Source: Octopus vulgaris
Taxonomy: Eukaryota
Direction: 5' to 3'
Length of the DNA: 64,000 nucleotides
Assembly (NCBI GenBank): GCA_951406725.2
Contig: OX597823.1
Location: 40,920,001-40,984,000 of the forward strand
Shown here: positions 12,581-26,189 of the stretch, piece after piece
Numbering within the stretch: the first letter of the stretch is position 1
Layout of the letters: each line of letters opens with the position of its first letter
The notes under the pieces: generated by a model
The model's input: only the letters and a program-made list of their open reading frames with translations
Told to the model about the DNA's origin: nothing
Databases searched by the model: none
Position numbers and translations under genes: made by a program

Positions 12581-13866
12581 TTACTCTTTTACTTATTTCA
12601 GTCACTTGACTGCAGCCATGCTGGAACTCCGCGTTAAAGGGTTTTAGTCGAACAAATCGAGCCCAAGACTTATTCTTTGTAAGCCTAGTACTTAATCAAT
12701 TGGTATCTTTTGCCGAACCGCTAAGTTATGGGGGGCATCAACTCACCAACATCGGTTGTGTTGTCAAGCGATGGTTGGGGTACAAACACGCACACACACA
12801 CATAAGTATATATACGTACACATACACACATATGTATACGGGTGTGTAACCCAAAGTAACCGAGAATTTCTGTTGTAGTTAAGTGTTCCGCCGCTAGAAT
12901 CCACTTCATGCGATCCTCAGGCATCAGTCTTCGACTGTAGTTTAACTGCCACGTGGTGCCTCTTAGTTCGTCGATTTTTGCGATGGCTGAAACGAAAGAA
13001 CAGTGCGCTTCCGTGAAATTTTGTTTTCTGCTGGGGAAAACAGCGACCGAAACAGTTGTCATGTTTCAAACAGCTTACAAGGACGCTGTTACTAGTAAAA
13101 CACAAGATTACAAATGGTTTCGAAGCTGTTGGAATGATCACTTGTCTCTTGAAGACCAACCTCGTTCAGAATGACCGTCAACTTCCCGGACAAAGGAAAA
13201 CATAAAGATTAATGAACTGATCTTGGAGGACCGTCACTGAACAATTAACGAACTTGTTAATATGACTGGTGTATCCTGGAGCTTTTGTCAACGAATTTTG
13301 AAGAAGGAATTGTGAATGAAATGAGTTGCAGCAAAATTTACGCATTACTTTCTCACGGAAGATCAAAAGCAGTCATGGCTGAATGCATGTCGTGAACTGA
13401 AAGAACAGTTATAAGTTGATCTGGACCTTCTTTGAAAAGTCATCACTGGAGACGTAAACTGAAGCTACAGATATTGAAGGGGTGAAGAAAAAACGTCGGA
13501 AGCGTTAAAAGGCTTCGCTTCATAAGAGTTCCAGGACTATTTCGAACAGAGGAAAGCGTGCATGGGTCTATGTATTGCTTCAAATGGAGAATACTTTGAA
13601 GGCGATAAAAGTGTAAACATGTAAAACTAAGTGAATAAAATAATATTGCAAACATTTCGGTTTCTTTTGGATACCTCCACATACACACACACACACACGG
13701 ACGCACACGCACATACATATATGACGGTCTTCTTTCAGTTTGCGCCTACCAAATCTACTCATAAGGCTTCGGTCGGCCCGAGACTATAATAGAAGTCACT
13801 CGTTCAAGGTGTCACGCAGTGTGACTGACCCCGGTACTATGTGGCTGGGAAGCAAGCTTCTCAACG
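12581..13866 (-). mobile_element. tRNA-derived SINE (family of 45713/57470) split by a mariner insertion
   Basis: Tail half 12581-12800 (ctcttttacttatttcagtcac..gactgcagccatgctgga) and head half 13716-13866 (gacggtcttctttcagttt...aagcaagctt) join into one copy. Confidence 0.85.
12837..13683 (+). mobile_element. Internally deleted mariner-family transposon
   Basis: MAETKEQCASVKFCFLLGKTATETVVMFQTAYKD...YKWF...SLEDQPRS, later KVITGD and a C-terminal CIASNGEYFEGD motif. Diverged TIRs tacgggtgtgtaacccaaagtaaccg and cggtttcttttggatacctccacata. Confidence 0.85.
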
Positions 13867-14029
13867 CAGAAAAATTATGTTAATTGCTTAGGCTACAAAT
13901 GTGTTCTACTCTTAGTCCAAGTCTCTTGGCTACTGGACATAATGGGTAGACAATTGTCGCACTGATGACATTTATTGAGCTATAAACATCTGTCCACGTC
14001 TGTCCTCTCGTCTCAAAATAATAAGCCTA

Positions 14030-14230
14030 ACCTTTTTCTTAATGGTATGTCAGATTTGGAACATTCTTGAATCTTGAAATTATCTTCCCTTCTCAAGTGG
14101 AGCTGATCTTCAATGCTATTTGTGAATTATGAGACAGCTTTTGAACGCAGAGATAATTTTAGCAAATCAAGAATTTATGCTTTTATAGTATTTTGTATAA
14201 CTGCTTTTGTCTCTGTATACTTTCCGCGGT
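14030..14230 (-). mobile_element. Highly decayed hAT (Charlie/Buster-like) transposase relic
   Basis: Diverged direct copy of 16420-16570 (shared tcaagtgga and aaatcaagaatttatgct). Minus strand gives an AKIISAF-like segment. Confidence 0.35.
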
Positions 14231-15025
14231 CAATTGGTATCTTTTAGCAGGAAGCATCACTGACAGTGAATTAATAGCATTGATTGTACTTCTACTTTAG
14301 TGACAACAATTCAATGAATTCGGATGAAAGACACACGTACAACGAAAGTGGCCGTTAATATAAAGTACTCCCTTTCATGTCCCTTTGTCACAGAACACGG
14401 AGCACCATCGCTTTCATGCAAGTGAATAATCATACAACTGTGCACGCATGCACAGCTGCATTCACACTGAAAGACACACGCGCATGCGCGTGACCACACG
14501 CATACATGCACTCACAGAGAGGCATGCAAGTATTTTGTTGAAAATATATTTTTGTCTTCATAAATGCAGTTTCTATAAATGATAACTTAAACACACACAT
14601 AAAACAATGCATATACAAGCATGATGACACATGCTTGTATATGCACACAAGCATTTATCTATAAACATACTTTATAAACACCCATAACTCTTTTAATTTA
14701 GCTTTGCTTTGTTTTTGACAGTCGTTGTTGAGTTGAAGATCGGGATTTAATCATAAAAAAAAAAGAGAAAAGTGTTTAATGTATTTTAATTAGTTCGCGT
14801 TTCTACACAAATATTTGTGTCTGATTCAATTTTATTAACAGCCGCATATTTTTAAATATCCAAACATCTGGACATTCTCAGAGAGTAACATGTTGCTTAG
14901 CAATACTAGACCGAGGGACAGGGTTGGGAAATAGCTAATAACAACGATCGGCAAAACATAACAACCCAAATTTCAGTATGTATGCTAATACTCAATGCGT
15001 TTATGTAAATCTATGAAATCACACA

Positions 15026-15104
<79 letters not shown>

Positions 15105-15276
15105 ACACACACAGAGGAAAGGTTGCATGGCTGAGAAGATAGCCTCTAAACACATAGTTTCAGTTTCAGCCCCTTTGAGCGACACTTTGGCAAGTGTCTC
15201 CCACTGTAGTTTCGAGCTGATCAGTGCCTCGATAGTAAATTTGGTAAAATTGTGAGAAACCCGTCTGTCTCTGTCA

Positions 15277-15369
<93 letters not shown>

Positions 15370-15539
15370 CACACAAACACGCATATATTATACGTACTCG
15401 CTTCTTGCCTTGATACATATTTATAAATTGATTAATTTAACCATAACCAGTTGATAGGTTTTATACATGTTATCCTTAATTTATATATATATATATATAT
15501 ATAACTAGTAAGCCGAACTTTAATACGGAAATACACGTT

Positions 15540-16650
15540 CTTCAGGTGTCAATCAGTCACTTCGTAACTGAAGAAACAGTTTTTCTCTGTTGCAATAATA
15601 TTGAGCAGATAAGAGGAAATTTCATACACAAAATGTAGCTTGAAAAAAAACTTTGAACGAATGCCATTAAAGATATTCATCTGTTTGTCTTCAGCTATGA
15701 AAGATATGATACAATGTTCAATTGTCATGACCGGTTGTATGAATTAAAGTAACTGAAATTCTTATAAATTATTATTCGGCTTGTTGCTTAAATGCTGTCT
15801 CAATTTCACTGGTTGAACTTAATAACGCCCTGGGCACTTTCTATTCATTTGCAGCGTAACTGTTCAGGGATTTGGTCGAAATTGTGCGACAAAATGTTTA
15901 CCACCTCATGAAATAATTATAAATTTTAAGTGCAGTTAACAGCTTTGTGTATTATTAAATGGCTCTTGTACTATGTAAAATATGATGACATATTATTGCA
16001 AAGCATCCTATCGAACTTCTACAGATTTTGATTTTTGCAGTTCTTGGAGATTCTACCTATTATATTGCCAATAATGTGCTGTTGATGATCGCTTTTCAAA
16101 AATATAGATGCATGAAGCAAAGGTTGGAGAAGTAGAAAGCCAGTGAATAGGATATACAGGATGTGTTAATACAATAATACAATAGATTGATGTTCTAGTA
16201 CAGGCCACTCAAAATTATTTCTCTAAGCTCATTTTTATTTGAATTATTCAAATTACCAAGATCATTGAAGTGCTCTACTTTTTTTGTGTCAATCTACTGG
16301 AGATGGAGTTGAACATTTTTCGTGTTGATGACGGCGTTAGAGGTAGAAACACTTTTCCAAATTGTTCTCTAAATCTCTCAACAATAAGCATGTACTGTGC
16401 CTTAATGGCATATTAACTTTGGAAAATTCTTCAATCTCGAGAGTACCTCCCTTTCAAGTGGAAATGATCTTAGATGCCACTTGGAAATTAGAATATATCT
16501 TCTAGTGGCGGAGATACTTTTAATAAATCAAGAATTTATGCTGTATGATATTTGGTAGACCTGTATTCTTGATAGAGCCATGAATTTTAACCTGAGCTTC
16601 GACACAATCAAAAAAACTTCATAACGTGCTATAGTAGGGAACACAATTTT
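15540..16650 (-). mobile_element. Highly decayed hAT-like transposase relic
   Basis: Part of it is similar to 14030-14230. No intact frame; boundaries uncertain. Confidence 0.3.
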
Positions 16651-17199
16651 CCAAGAATTAAACAAACGAAAAACTTACAAATGCAGCAATATTTCTCACC
16701 ACATCCACATTTTTCTTTGTCGAGTTGGGATTTATTCTTTTCTAAGAATTTGAAAAAAGAGATAGCATAATGCCATGGGCCTTTAAGCTTATCTATCGAC
16801 GGTAACATTTTCTTGTGTGAGTTAACTTGAGAATCCCACTCTTCTGAAGGCTAATACCTACAACCACATGCTGTAGACACGCTGAATAAACATAACGGAA
16901 TGTATCAGGTAAGAATAGAAATTTCAATGCAAACTCGACTGGCACAACTCTAAGACACTCTCACTACATGAACATATTGGTGAATAAAAAGAAATCGTGA
17001 TATACACAAATGCAGTTTTGTAAAGTGGTAGAAGATAGAGGCGATCATTCTGTATTACGGGTATGTGTTTAAATAACCTTGGGGGTAAATCTTGATCTGT
17101 GTTTCTATCAGTAAATCTCGTTCAGATTGATTTCTTTGAGTGGATCTTCGGGACCGATAAAATCAGTTTATAATCACTTAGTTATACCGGATTAGAAAG

Positions 17200-17245
17200 T
17201 AGGTGTGTGGGTGTACGAGAGAGAGAGAAAGAGAGAGAGAGTGAA

Positions 17246-17277
<32 letters not shown>

Positions 17278-17558
17278 AGGCATGAGAGTAAAAGTAAGGG
17301 AGGGAGTGAAAGAGAGAGTGTATCTGCAGAATGTAATAGATTATAGAGAAATGAAGGAAAAGCGAATGTGAATGAGAAATAAAAAGAAATCCGATGAAGG
17401 AATTGAAATAGAGAAACTGACAGAAGAACAGAATAAGTGAAAGGAAAGAAGAGAAGAAAGAGAGAATAAGGATAAAACGATTACGCCGTATATGAAGACA
17501 GAACGAGAGAATATATTTGTTGTGAGAACACTGCAAAAGACTGCGAGGAAAGATTAGA

Positions 17559-17626
<68 letters not shown>

Positions 17627-17923
17627 GGTTAGAAAGAAGCAAGAAGCTAAGAAAAGAAGAATAAAGAATGGTAAATAGAAAAAGAGAGGAAATAAAAGAG
17701 AGAATAAAAGATAAACAACTGGAAAGATAGAGAAAGTGAGCATGCGCATAGGAAATAGTAAGAATTTAGAGAAAGACAATGAGAGTGAGTGAGAGAGAGA
17801 GAGAGAGAAAAAGAGGGAAATAGAGCGAAAGATAAAGAGAGATTGTAAGTATGGAGATGAGAAAGAAACTATTGGAGCTACACAAGCACTGAAGGGAGGG
17901 AGGGAGAGAGAGAGAGAAAGAGA

Positions 17924-17967
<44 letters not shown>

Positions 17968-18240
17968 GAAGATTATAGAGAGGAACGAAAATTTAGATTA
18001 TGAAAAAAGGGCGAAAGTAGAATTAAAAGCAGAAAATTGGAAACGAGTGATGGCGTTCAAATATTGGATAAAGACAGTTTTGATGTAGCGAAAAATGAGG
18101 GTGCAGGAGGAGAAGGCTGTATGACGAAGGGTAACAGAGAAGAGGAGGAGGAGGGAAAGAAATAGAGAGATAAAGGAGTGGAAATATGAAAGAAAACCGG
18201 AATGAAAGAGAATGGGGAATAGGTAGGGAGCGTGTTAAAA
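17200..18240. repeat. GA-rich low-complexity region with (GA)n and (GT)n arrays
   Basis: Seen directly; explains ORFs 17192-17779 and 18023-18604. Confidence 0.9.
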
Positions 18241-18700
18241 TAAAATGGAAATAAGGTGTGATATATGCAATCCCTGTTGGCACATTACAGGAGAGCCCTT
18301 TTCTATCAAGATTATACTCACTTTTTTTCTTTGGTTTGCAGATTGTTTTCCTAGTTGCTGTTGCTGTGCTTTTTGTTATGTGTGTGTCAGTGTGTCTATG
18401 TATGTATGTATGTATGTATGTATGGATGGATGGATGTATGTATGTATGTATGTATGCATATCTATACACGAATATTTGTTCGCACACACTGGGATTCACG
18501 TTGCATAGGTGTATATAATTGTATGTGCATGCATACGTATATATATGTGTGTGTGTGCGTATGTGTGTGTGTATGTGTGTGCGTTTGAGTGTGTTGCGAT
18601 TCAATATCTCTCATGTTCCATGTGTATGAGCGTGAAATGGTTTATATGTATATATGTGTGGCATGTGAGTGGTAAGTGTGTGTACATGCGCAAATGCACC

Positions 18701-18743
<43 letters not shown>

Positions 18744-19747
18744 GTTGAGAGATAGTGGAGAAAGAGAGGTGTGGGCGATAACAAAATATGCTTAATATCG
18801 ATAACAGAGACTAGAGCTTAAATTGATGTAAACTTAAACGCTAACTTCTTCATCCAGGTCCGGTGACTCTGCATCGAAAGTCAGTGATTAGGGCTATCCT
18901 TATCGACCTGATGTGGAGGTAGTAACGTAGACGAACCTCGTTAGGTTTGAGGCGTATATTTCCGAGGAACACAAAATACAGAAAAGAAAGAAACCAAAGC
19001 AGAAGAGAAGGATTAAGTAAAATTTTGTCTCGACAGCTGTTTCAAAATGGCCATAATTTACGCAATAGTCATATTCATAGATAATATAAACATGGTGTCA
19101 TAGGTTCACGTCTTGTGACAAGTGCTGGGGAAATTGCTAATGTTAAGTTAGTCGTTCCCCTTCAAGAGCAGAATGGCAAATAGGAATTGTCCAGCAATGT
19201 TTACAAATATAAAGGTCTTAAGAGAGTGGTAATGAGAAAAGTGCTGGGGAAAAACGAGGGAAATAGTGATTAAGGAGCGAGATGGGATGATGATAAAATC
19301 CAGATATAAAGAAGATAAAGTTAACCATTGGCCGAAAAATTAGTGTTAACAGTTCGAATTACCGGGATGGGAGATTAAGAGGTAGTTCCCAGACAAGATA
19401 AAACAATCAAGAGTAGGTAAAATAGTAGGGACAGGATGTGTCGAGATGAAGTTTGGGGTTAAATCATCTCTAAGAATATAAGAGTCATGGAGATGATGGG
19501 GTTAATGTTTCATATTCGCTTCACCATGGTAACTGCTGTTAACGCTACTAACCTCAGAGGCGTTAGTGGTATGCATATAGTTGCTAGGGTGGGATTATCA
19601 AGGATTCCGGTGTTACATGAGTTAAGGTGGAGGCTAGATCGGTGGTTTTTCAGGCTCCACAATAGGTGGTCGAGTTGGCGCTTATTAGAAGTGGTAATTA
19701 TAGATCTCAAGTTTGGGAATTGTAGAGTATGAAATTTTAATCGAGAA

Positions 19748-19812
<65 letters not shown>

Positions 19813-20808
19813 CTCTATATATATATGCACTTGGATGCAATATTTGCTATGTTCATGTCTGTTTAAACCTTTATGTGTATATGCTTGTCTCGGATTCAAT
19901 TTCTACTGTGATGAAGCGTTTATATACTTATGTATATGTGCGTGAGTGTGTGCTGCGTGTGTACACACACATATACAGATACAGATGTATAAACATAATC
20001 TCATGCACATATGTATGTCTATGTCTGTGTACCTGTGTATGAATGTGTGGACATACGTATGCACGCGCAGGTATATGGTTAGAAATATATGATAAAATTT
20101 TGGCGTCCTATGCATAAACATTTTATGCGTCTAATGTGCGCGTCTGAGTAAAACTATAAGTATGTATAATTATGTATTTTTGTGCATGAGTTTGTATATG
20201 TATGTATTCACATGCGTGTCTAATACATATATATCTGTGTGCGACTCTCTATGTATTTTGATTAATTTTCATAATGTGAGCGTGCGTGCTCTCTCTCTCT
20301 ATATATATATTTAACAGTTTAAAATAAGAGTATGTGTTCGTACTTGTATATACATACACTACCTTTTCTCGTTCGCCAGTTCGTGTGATTTCTTTAATGT
20401 CAAATATCCAGAGATGTGTGTGTGTGTGTGTGTGTGTGTTTCTATTTCTGCATTTGAGCATGAATGTGTGCATACTTAACTGCATATATGCGAGTATTTG
20501 TCAGCGCGAGTGCGTATGTTTGTCGGCAACCATTCTAAGAAGCGGGCATTTGTGGGGTGGAACTGAGCGGGACTTTTACAAATCACTTGATCATCGCTTT
20601 CGCATTACTGCCCTAATTCTAGATTAGGTTGCTATTGTGTGTACTAGTGTTTACACACACACACACACACTCACACGCGCACAGACACATACACACATGT
20701 ATGAATACTGTCTGAATAATATATATATATATATATATGTATGTCACCATAGATACGCATATATACGTGAGTATATGAATATGCGTATACATATACATAC
20801 ACAGACAT

Positions 20809-20940
<132 letters not shown>

Positions 20941-21679
20941 CGTCTGTCTCTTATTTGAAGAATTGGCTATTGCCAATTTTGAAAAACAGTTAAGGTTGAG
21001 TGAATATCAAAGTAATATGTTAGCGATAATCAATAGAAGCACAATCAACAGACAGATGTTGACCTTCAATATACGTATCAATAGAACTATTAATTATTTC
21101 CAGAGAGAGATAAAGAGAGAGAAACAGAAAGAGAGAGGAGGAGAGAGAGAAAGAGATGAGATGAGATTGCTTATTGTAGAAATACCTGCAGAACATTGTT
21201 GCTGAGATCTGAGTAGGCCAGATGAATGAATACGCCAACTGATGTCTGTTTACTCTAATTTTTCAGCCAACAACAACGATGATGACTACAATGACGGTAA
21301 CAACAACAATAACAACAACACTTTTACTGACATTGATAAACAAGAACAAAAACATCAAAAATGTCAATACCAGCAGTGATAATACAAATAACAATGTACA
21401 CACACATACACATACACATATATTTTATTAGTTCAATTGTATATATGTATGTATATATATATATATATAAACAGAGAACCCATATATAGATAAATGTATC
21501 CACACACACACGTGTAATTTAATTGTATGTATATGAACAGATTTCTCTAATATTGTAACAAGGTTTTGATTTGTGTATCGCTGAAATAGTTTTTATTTTT
21601 TCCTGTCTTCTTTTTCATGTATAACAGAATATCTTTGTACAATGTACCAAGATAAAATAATAGTAATATCCCCTTTCAC

Positions 21680-21883
21680 CTTTAGGCCCAAGGCCTGAAA
21701 TTTTGGGGGTGGTTGCTAATCGATTACATCGACCCTATGCTTGACTGGTACTTTTTCATCGACTTCGAAAGGATGAAAGGCAAAGTTGAACACTGTGGAA
21801 TTTGAACTCAAAACGTAAGGACGGACGGAATGCCGATAGGCATTTTGCCCGGCGTGCTAATAATTCTGCCAGCTCGCCGCCTT
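21680..21883 (-). mobile_element. Nin-domain-like tRNA SINE, near full length
   Basis: gaaaggatgaaaggcaaagt..gaatttgaactca...ttctgccagctcgccgcc. Confidence 0.85.
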
Positions 21884-21998
21884 AAATATAATAGTGATAA
21901 TACTGCTGCAGTAGTTTAGGCCGTGATCTGTTCTCATCCAACATTTCTACATCCAAGCCCTGACAGTATCCTCTCTTTACGAGAAACTAGGTCTACAC

Positions 21999-22349
21999 CG
22001 GCGGTTCTCAACAGGATGTGAGGGAGGGTCCTTATCACACCTGGAGATCCATATAAGATTTCTCTGGGTCCATGAAAGCAAAATAGTAAATTGGTTATTC
22101 ACAGTAGTATTTGAGGGGTCCCTGAAAAAATTTTGGTTTAGATATATTTGTTGCAAGAAGCATCTATGTTTCTTTCTCTTACCTTTTACGCAGTTCCACT
22201 TAGAAGAGTTAATGTGGACATAACAAAATGGGAATTTTGAAAGAGGTATGTATAAAACTAGTTGTTAGACATCGAATGACTATGGGGGTCCGCTAGAATA
22301 AAACTGTAATCAAAGAGGTCCATAATTAAAATTTGGTTGACAACCACTA
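21999..22349. mobile_element. Non-autonomous hAT (Charlie/MER5-like) element
   Basis: TIRs cggcggttctcaac and gttgacaaccacta resemble CAGTGGTTCTCAACC. The 8-bp flanks gtctacac and gtccatac match at 6 of 8 positions, consistent with a TSD. Internal ggggtcc motifs recur. Confidence 0.75.
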
Positions 22350-23019
22350 GTCCATACTATGTAATGTGCCGTTTCTTGATTAAAAAAAAAATATGGCTGT
22401 TATTTCTAACAGTCCATGCAACCATGATTTGACTTCGTAATTGGTTTGTAATATGTATGCGTTGTCTTCATACAACTTACATAACTGCGACCAGAGAGAC
22501 ACAGAGCTCGATATGTTGACTAGTTAATCAGATAACTTATCTATCAGATAGATGGATGATTCAATATTATCTACTGAGACAGTCTCTGAGGATGTCAACA
22601 CCGCAGACAACTCGACAATCGATATATCCACTCGACAGGCAGACTCTGTAGATTTCTAGTAGACATGGTAGGATTTAGAAGTTAACTGGATATTGTTGTC
22701 TCTTTGGATGGCTCCCTAGATATTGGTAAGATAACAAAAGTCTGTAGAGGGTAAATTAAATAGACGCAAGCATAGGATTAACATGAAGCTGTCTAAAATG
22801 CCTTTTGTCTTTTCTTTTTTTTCAATATAAAATGGACTTGGATTTTTGTTTACACAAACTTAGATGTTACCTACATGTGGACTTTTGACAGAAACATTAT
22901 CTTTATGAAGGAGTATATTATTTTGGTCTGCGTCGTCAAAAATACGTTCAATTAAGTAATTAAAAAAATTGATGTTGACCATGATAACAATGGTTTCTGA
23001 TTTAGCCACGAGACCAACA

Positions 23020-24790
23020 ATTTCGAGGGGCCAACAATTAGTAGGTTCCATAGATGCCAGTACTTGACAGGTATCTTATTTGTCGACCTCGAAAGGAAGA
23101 AAGACAAAAATGACTTTGACAGTATTTGAACATAGAACACAAGGAGCCGGAGCCAATACTGAGAGGCATTTTTCTCGACGTTCTAATTATTCTGCCAGCT
23201 CACCACCTTTAAACTCTTAATGGCTTCAGATAACAAAATTTCTAAGAGAAGAGATTAGTTAATTACAGCGGCCTCTCTGCTAGACTGGTACTTTATTTCA
23301 TCAACCTCGGAGGGATAAAAAGCAAAGTTGACCTACACGGGATTTGAATACATATTGGTATTTTCTCTACAATTTAACGATTCTGTTAGCATGTTACCTT
23401 AATAATAATAATTATAATTATTTCAAATTTTTTCCACAAGGGTAGCTTGGGGAAGGTGAAGTTGAGTCGATTACATTGACCCCAGTGTTCAACTGGTACT
23501 TATTTTATCGACTGCAAAAGGATGAAAAGCAAAGTCGACTTCGGCGGAATTTGAACTCAGAACGTTATGAGGGGCGAAATACCGCTAAGCATTTTCTCCA
23601 CCGTCCTAACCATCCCTCTTGTTAGAGGTGCATTAGGAACTATCCCTAAAGATTTCAGCAGACGAATAGATGAAATAGGCATAAAGCCTCGTTTAGTGCA
23701 ACTCCAGGAATCATAGTCGCTAGGGACAGGTAGGATATCTAGGAAGGTTCTTTGCATCTAAGGTTACTTGTTGTAGCCTGATGTTAGGAATTTTTCTTTT
23801 CCATCAGTCTAATTTGTTGTGCGTATGAGAAATAATAGTGATGATGATGATAACAACAACAACAACAACAACAATAATAATAATAATCCTTTCTACTTTT
23901 GGCACAAGGCCTGACATTTTCGGGGAAGGTCTAGTCTATTACATCGACTCCATACTTGATCGGTACTTATTTAAGCGAACACGAAACAAGGAAAGGCAAA
24001 GTCGACCTCGGCGGAATTTGAACTTAGAACATAGCAATAGTAGCAACAGACAAAATACCGCCCGGCATGCTAACGATTCTGCCAGCTCGCCACCTTTTTC
24101 ATAATATTACTTTCAAATTTTTGCACTAGGCCAATAATTTCAGATGAGGGGATAAATCGATTACATTGACCCAATGCTCAACTATCACTTATTTTATCGA
24201 CCCCGAAATGATGAAAGACAATGTCTACCTCTGCGGAGGAAATACCCATTTCTTTATTACCCACAAGGGGCTAAACACAGAGGGGACAAACAAGGACAGA
24301 CATAGGTATTAAGTCGATTAAAATACCGCTAAGCATTTCGCCCGGTGTGCTAACGTTTCTGCCAGCTAAGTATTTTGTCTGTCGTCTTAACGATTTTGCC
24401 AGCTCGCTGCCTTGCTGCCTTTACAAGAACTATTATTATATCATGTTCTGTGAAAAGAAAAATTCTAATCTTTGGGGAAGCGCTCTTGATTGCCCTTATG
24501 AGATTCACGACTGCTCTTTCTTGAAGTATTATTATACTCTTATCTAGCATAGATAATAACAATGGTCTATTGTTATTAAAGCGGTGAGCTGGCAGAATCG
24601 TTACCTCGCCGGAAAATGCTTAGCGGCATTTCGTCCGTCTTTACGTTCTGAAATCAAATTCCGCTGAGGTCGACTTTATCTTTCATCTTTTCGTGGTCGA
24701 TAAAATATGTACCAGTTGTGTACTGGAGTCGATGTAATCGACTGTCCTCTCCCCATATTTCAAGCCTTGTGCCTAAAGTAGAAAATATTA
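23020..24790. mobile_element. Cluster of about six Nin-domain-like SINE copies or fragments (mostly minus; 24578-24790 plus)
   Basis: Family core ggatgaaa.gcaaagtcgac.tcggcggaatttgaact recurs at about 23090, 23310, 23520, 23995, 24210 and, inverted, 24650. Confidence 0.85.
23610..23835 (+). mobile_element. Extreme 3' end of an R4/Dong-like LINE
   Basis: PLVRGALGTIPKDFSRRIDEIGIKPRLVQLQES*SLGTGRISRKVL, followed by AAT/AAC repeats. Confidence 0.75.
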
Positions 24791-25497
24791 ATCAGTTATA
24801 TATGTATATGCATGCATACAACCGTATATATACATTATACAGTGAAAGTCAACTAAAAGAATTAAGATTACGTACATGTGTAACATCTCGAGTTGGTACC
24901 CTCACTTTGTTTCGCTTGTAGCCATGACAGCAATTTAACAACACGTTTACTTCATATTGCTACATCTAATTTTATGAAGCACTTAAAGATCAAAAGTCGA
25001 ACTTTTTCTGACAAATTTCCAATTTGATCTGCTAGAATTCAAACTGACAAAATTTATTATCTCGTTTGAAAATCTTTAAGTGAATTAATATTTTTACAAC
25101 CACTTCTAATTGATATGGTCGCTAGTATGGCGTGAAAAACACAAAACAACTCTTGTTTTTGCTATTTTTCACTCTATCTATAATGGTACGAATTTATGTG
25201 TCGTCATTTAAGTCCCTCGGCTATACCATCGACCATTCCAACTCTACATATTCAGTGATTTGCCGTTATAAATATATATCAGGCATATCATCTCACTTTT
25301 TCTCGATGCCATCTCATGTCTTCGTTTCATTTACTACTTCCATTATCTCATGCCGATCTCTCTCTCTTTCTCTCTCACACACACACTCACAAATACACAC
25401 ACACACACACACTCACACAAACGCTCTCATACATATCTATCCCCTTCTCTCTCGCTCTTTCTCTCTTCCTCTCTCTCTTTCTCTGTCCGTCTGTCTT

Positions 25498-25549
<52 letters not shown>

Positions 25550-25846
25550 CCTCTCTCTCTCTCTTTTTTTCTCTCTCTCTCTCTCTAGCTGAAGAAGACT
25601 AATCAAATTTGCTATAACAAACGTATTTGAAGTGTCCGAAACCTAGGTACTAAATTATTCAATTCTGAGCTGTCCATTTATCTAATGTTTTTCCTGGAGA
25701 TAAGACGAAATTGTTTATGCTTGTTACTCTCGACACATCTTTGCCAGTATATACTCAGTGAAGCTTTACTATAGCGTCGTAAATTTATCGATTGCTATTT
25801 CCACTACTTTCTCTCTATTTCCACTAATTTCTCTCCCTCTCTCCCT

Positions 25847-25891
<45 letters not shown>

Positions 25892-26189
25892 ACTGTAATG
25901 TTTTAATGAGGAAATTGAGGGTTCTACTTTGACCAACAAATCTTAAAATGGCCTGTGACAAGTTTCGTCTCTCTTTTTCCACGAATCAAAAGCATAGAAT
26001 GCTAAGTGGCCATAGATTTGAAATGATTGTTACCCCCATTTCTTGTCAAGGTCTAATACTAAATATGCATTCTACGAAATGCATTGCGTAACACTCCAGT
26101 TTGATGTTAAATTGGTTTTATTATAACTCAGTAAAAACACACACACACACGTTCACTCACACATAACTTAAATAATTTAGGTTTCGGTC

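Noticed and set aside
18907-18947. acCTGATGT-gaggt..acctc-gttaggt hammerhead-like string
   Set aside because: The essential GAAA is missing and the core is mutated.
23020-24790. Regularly recurring motif resembling a CRISPR-like array
   Set aside because: Eukaryotic context, irregular spacing and diverged units; these are clustered SINE copies.
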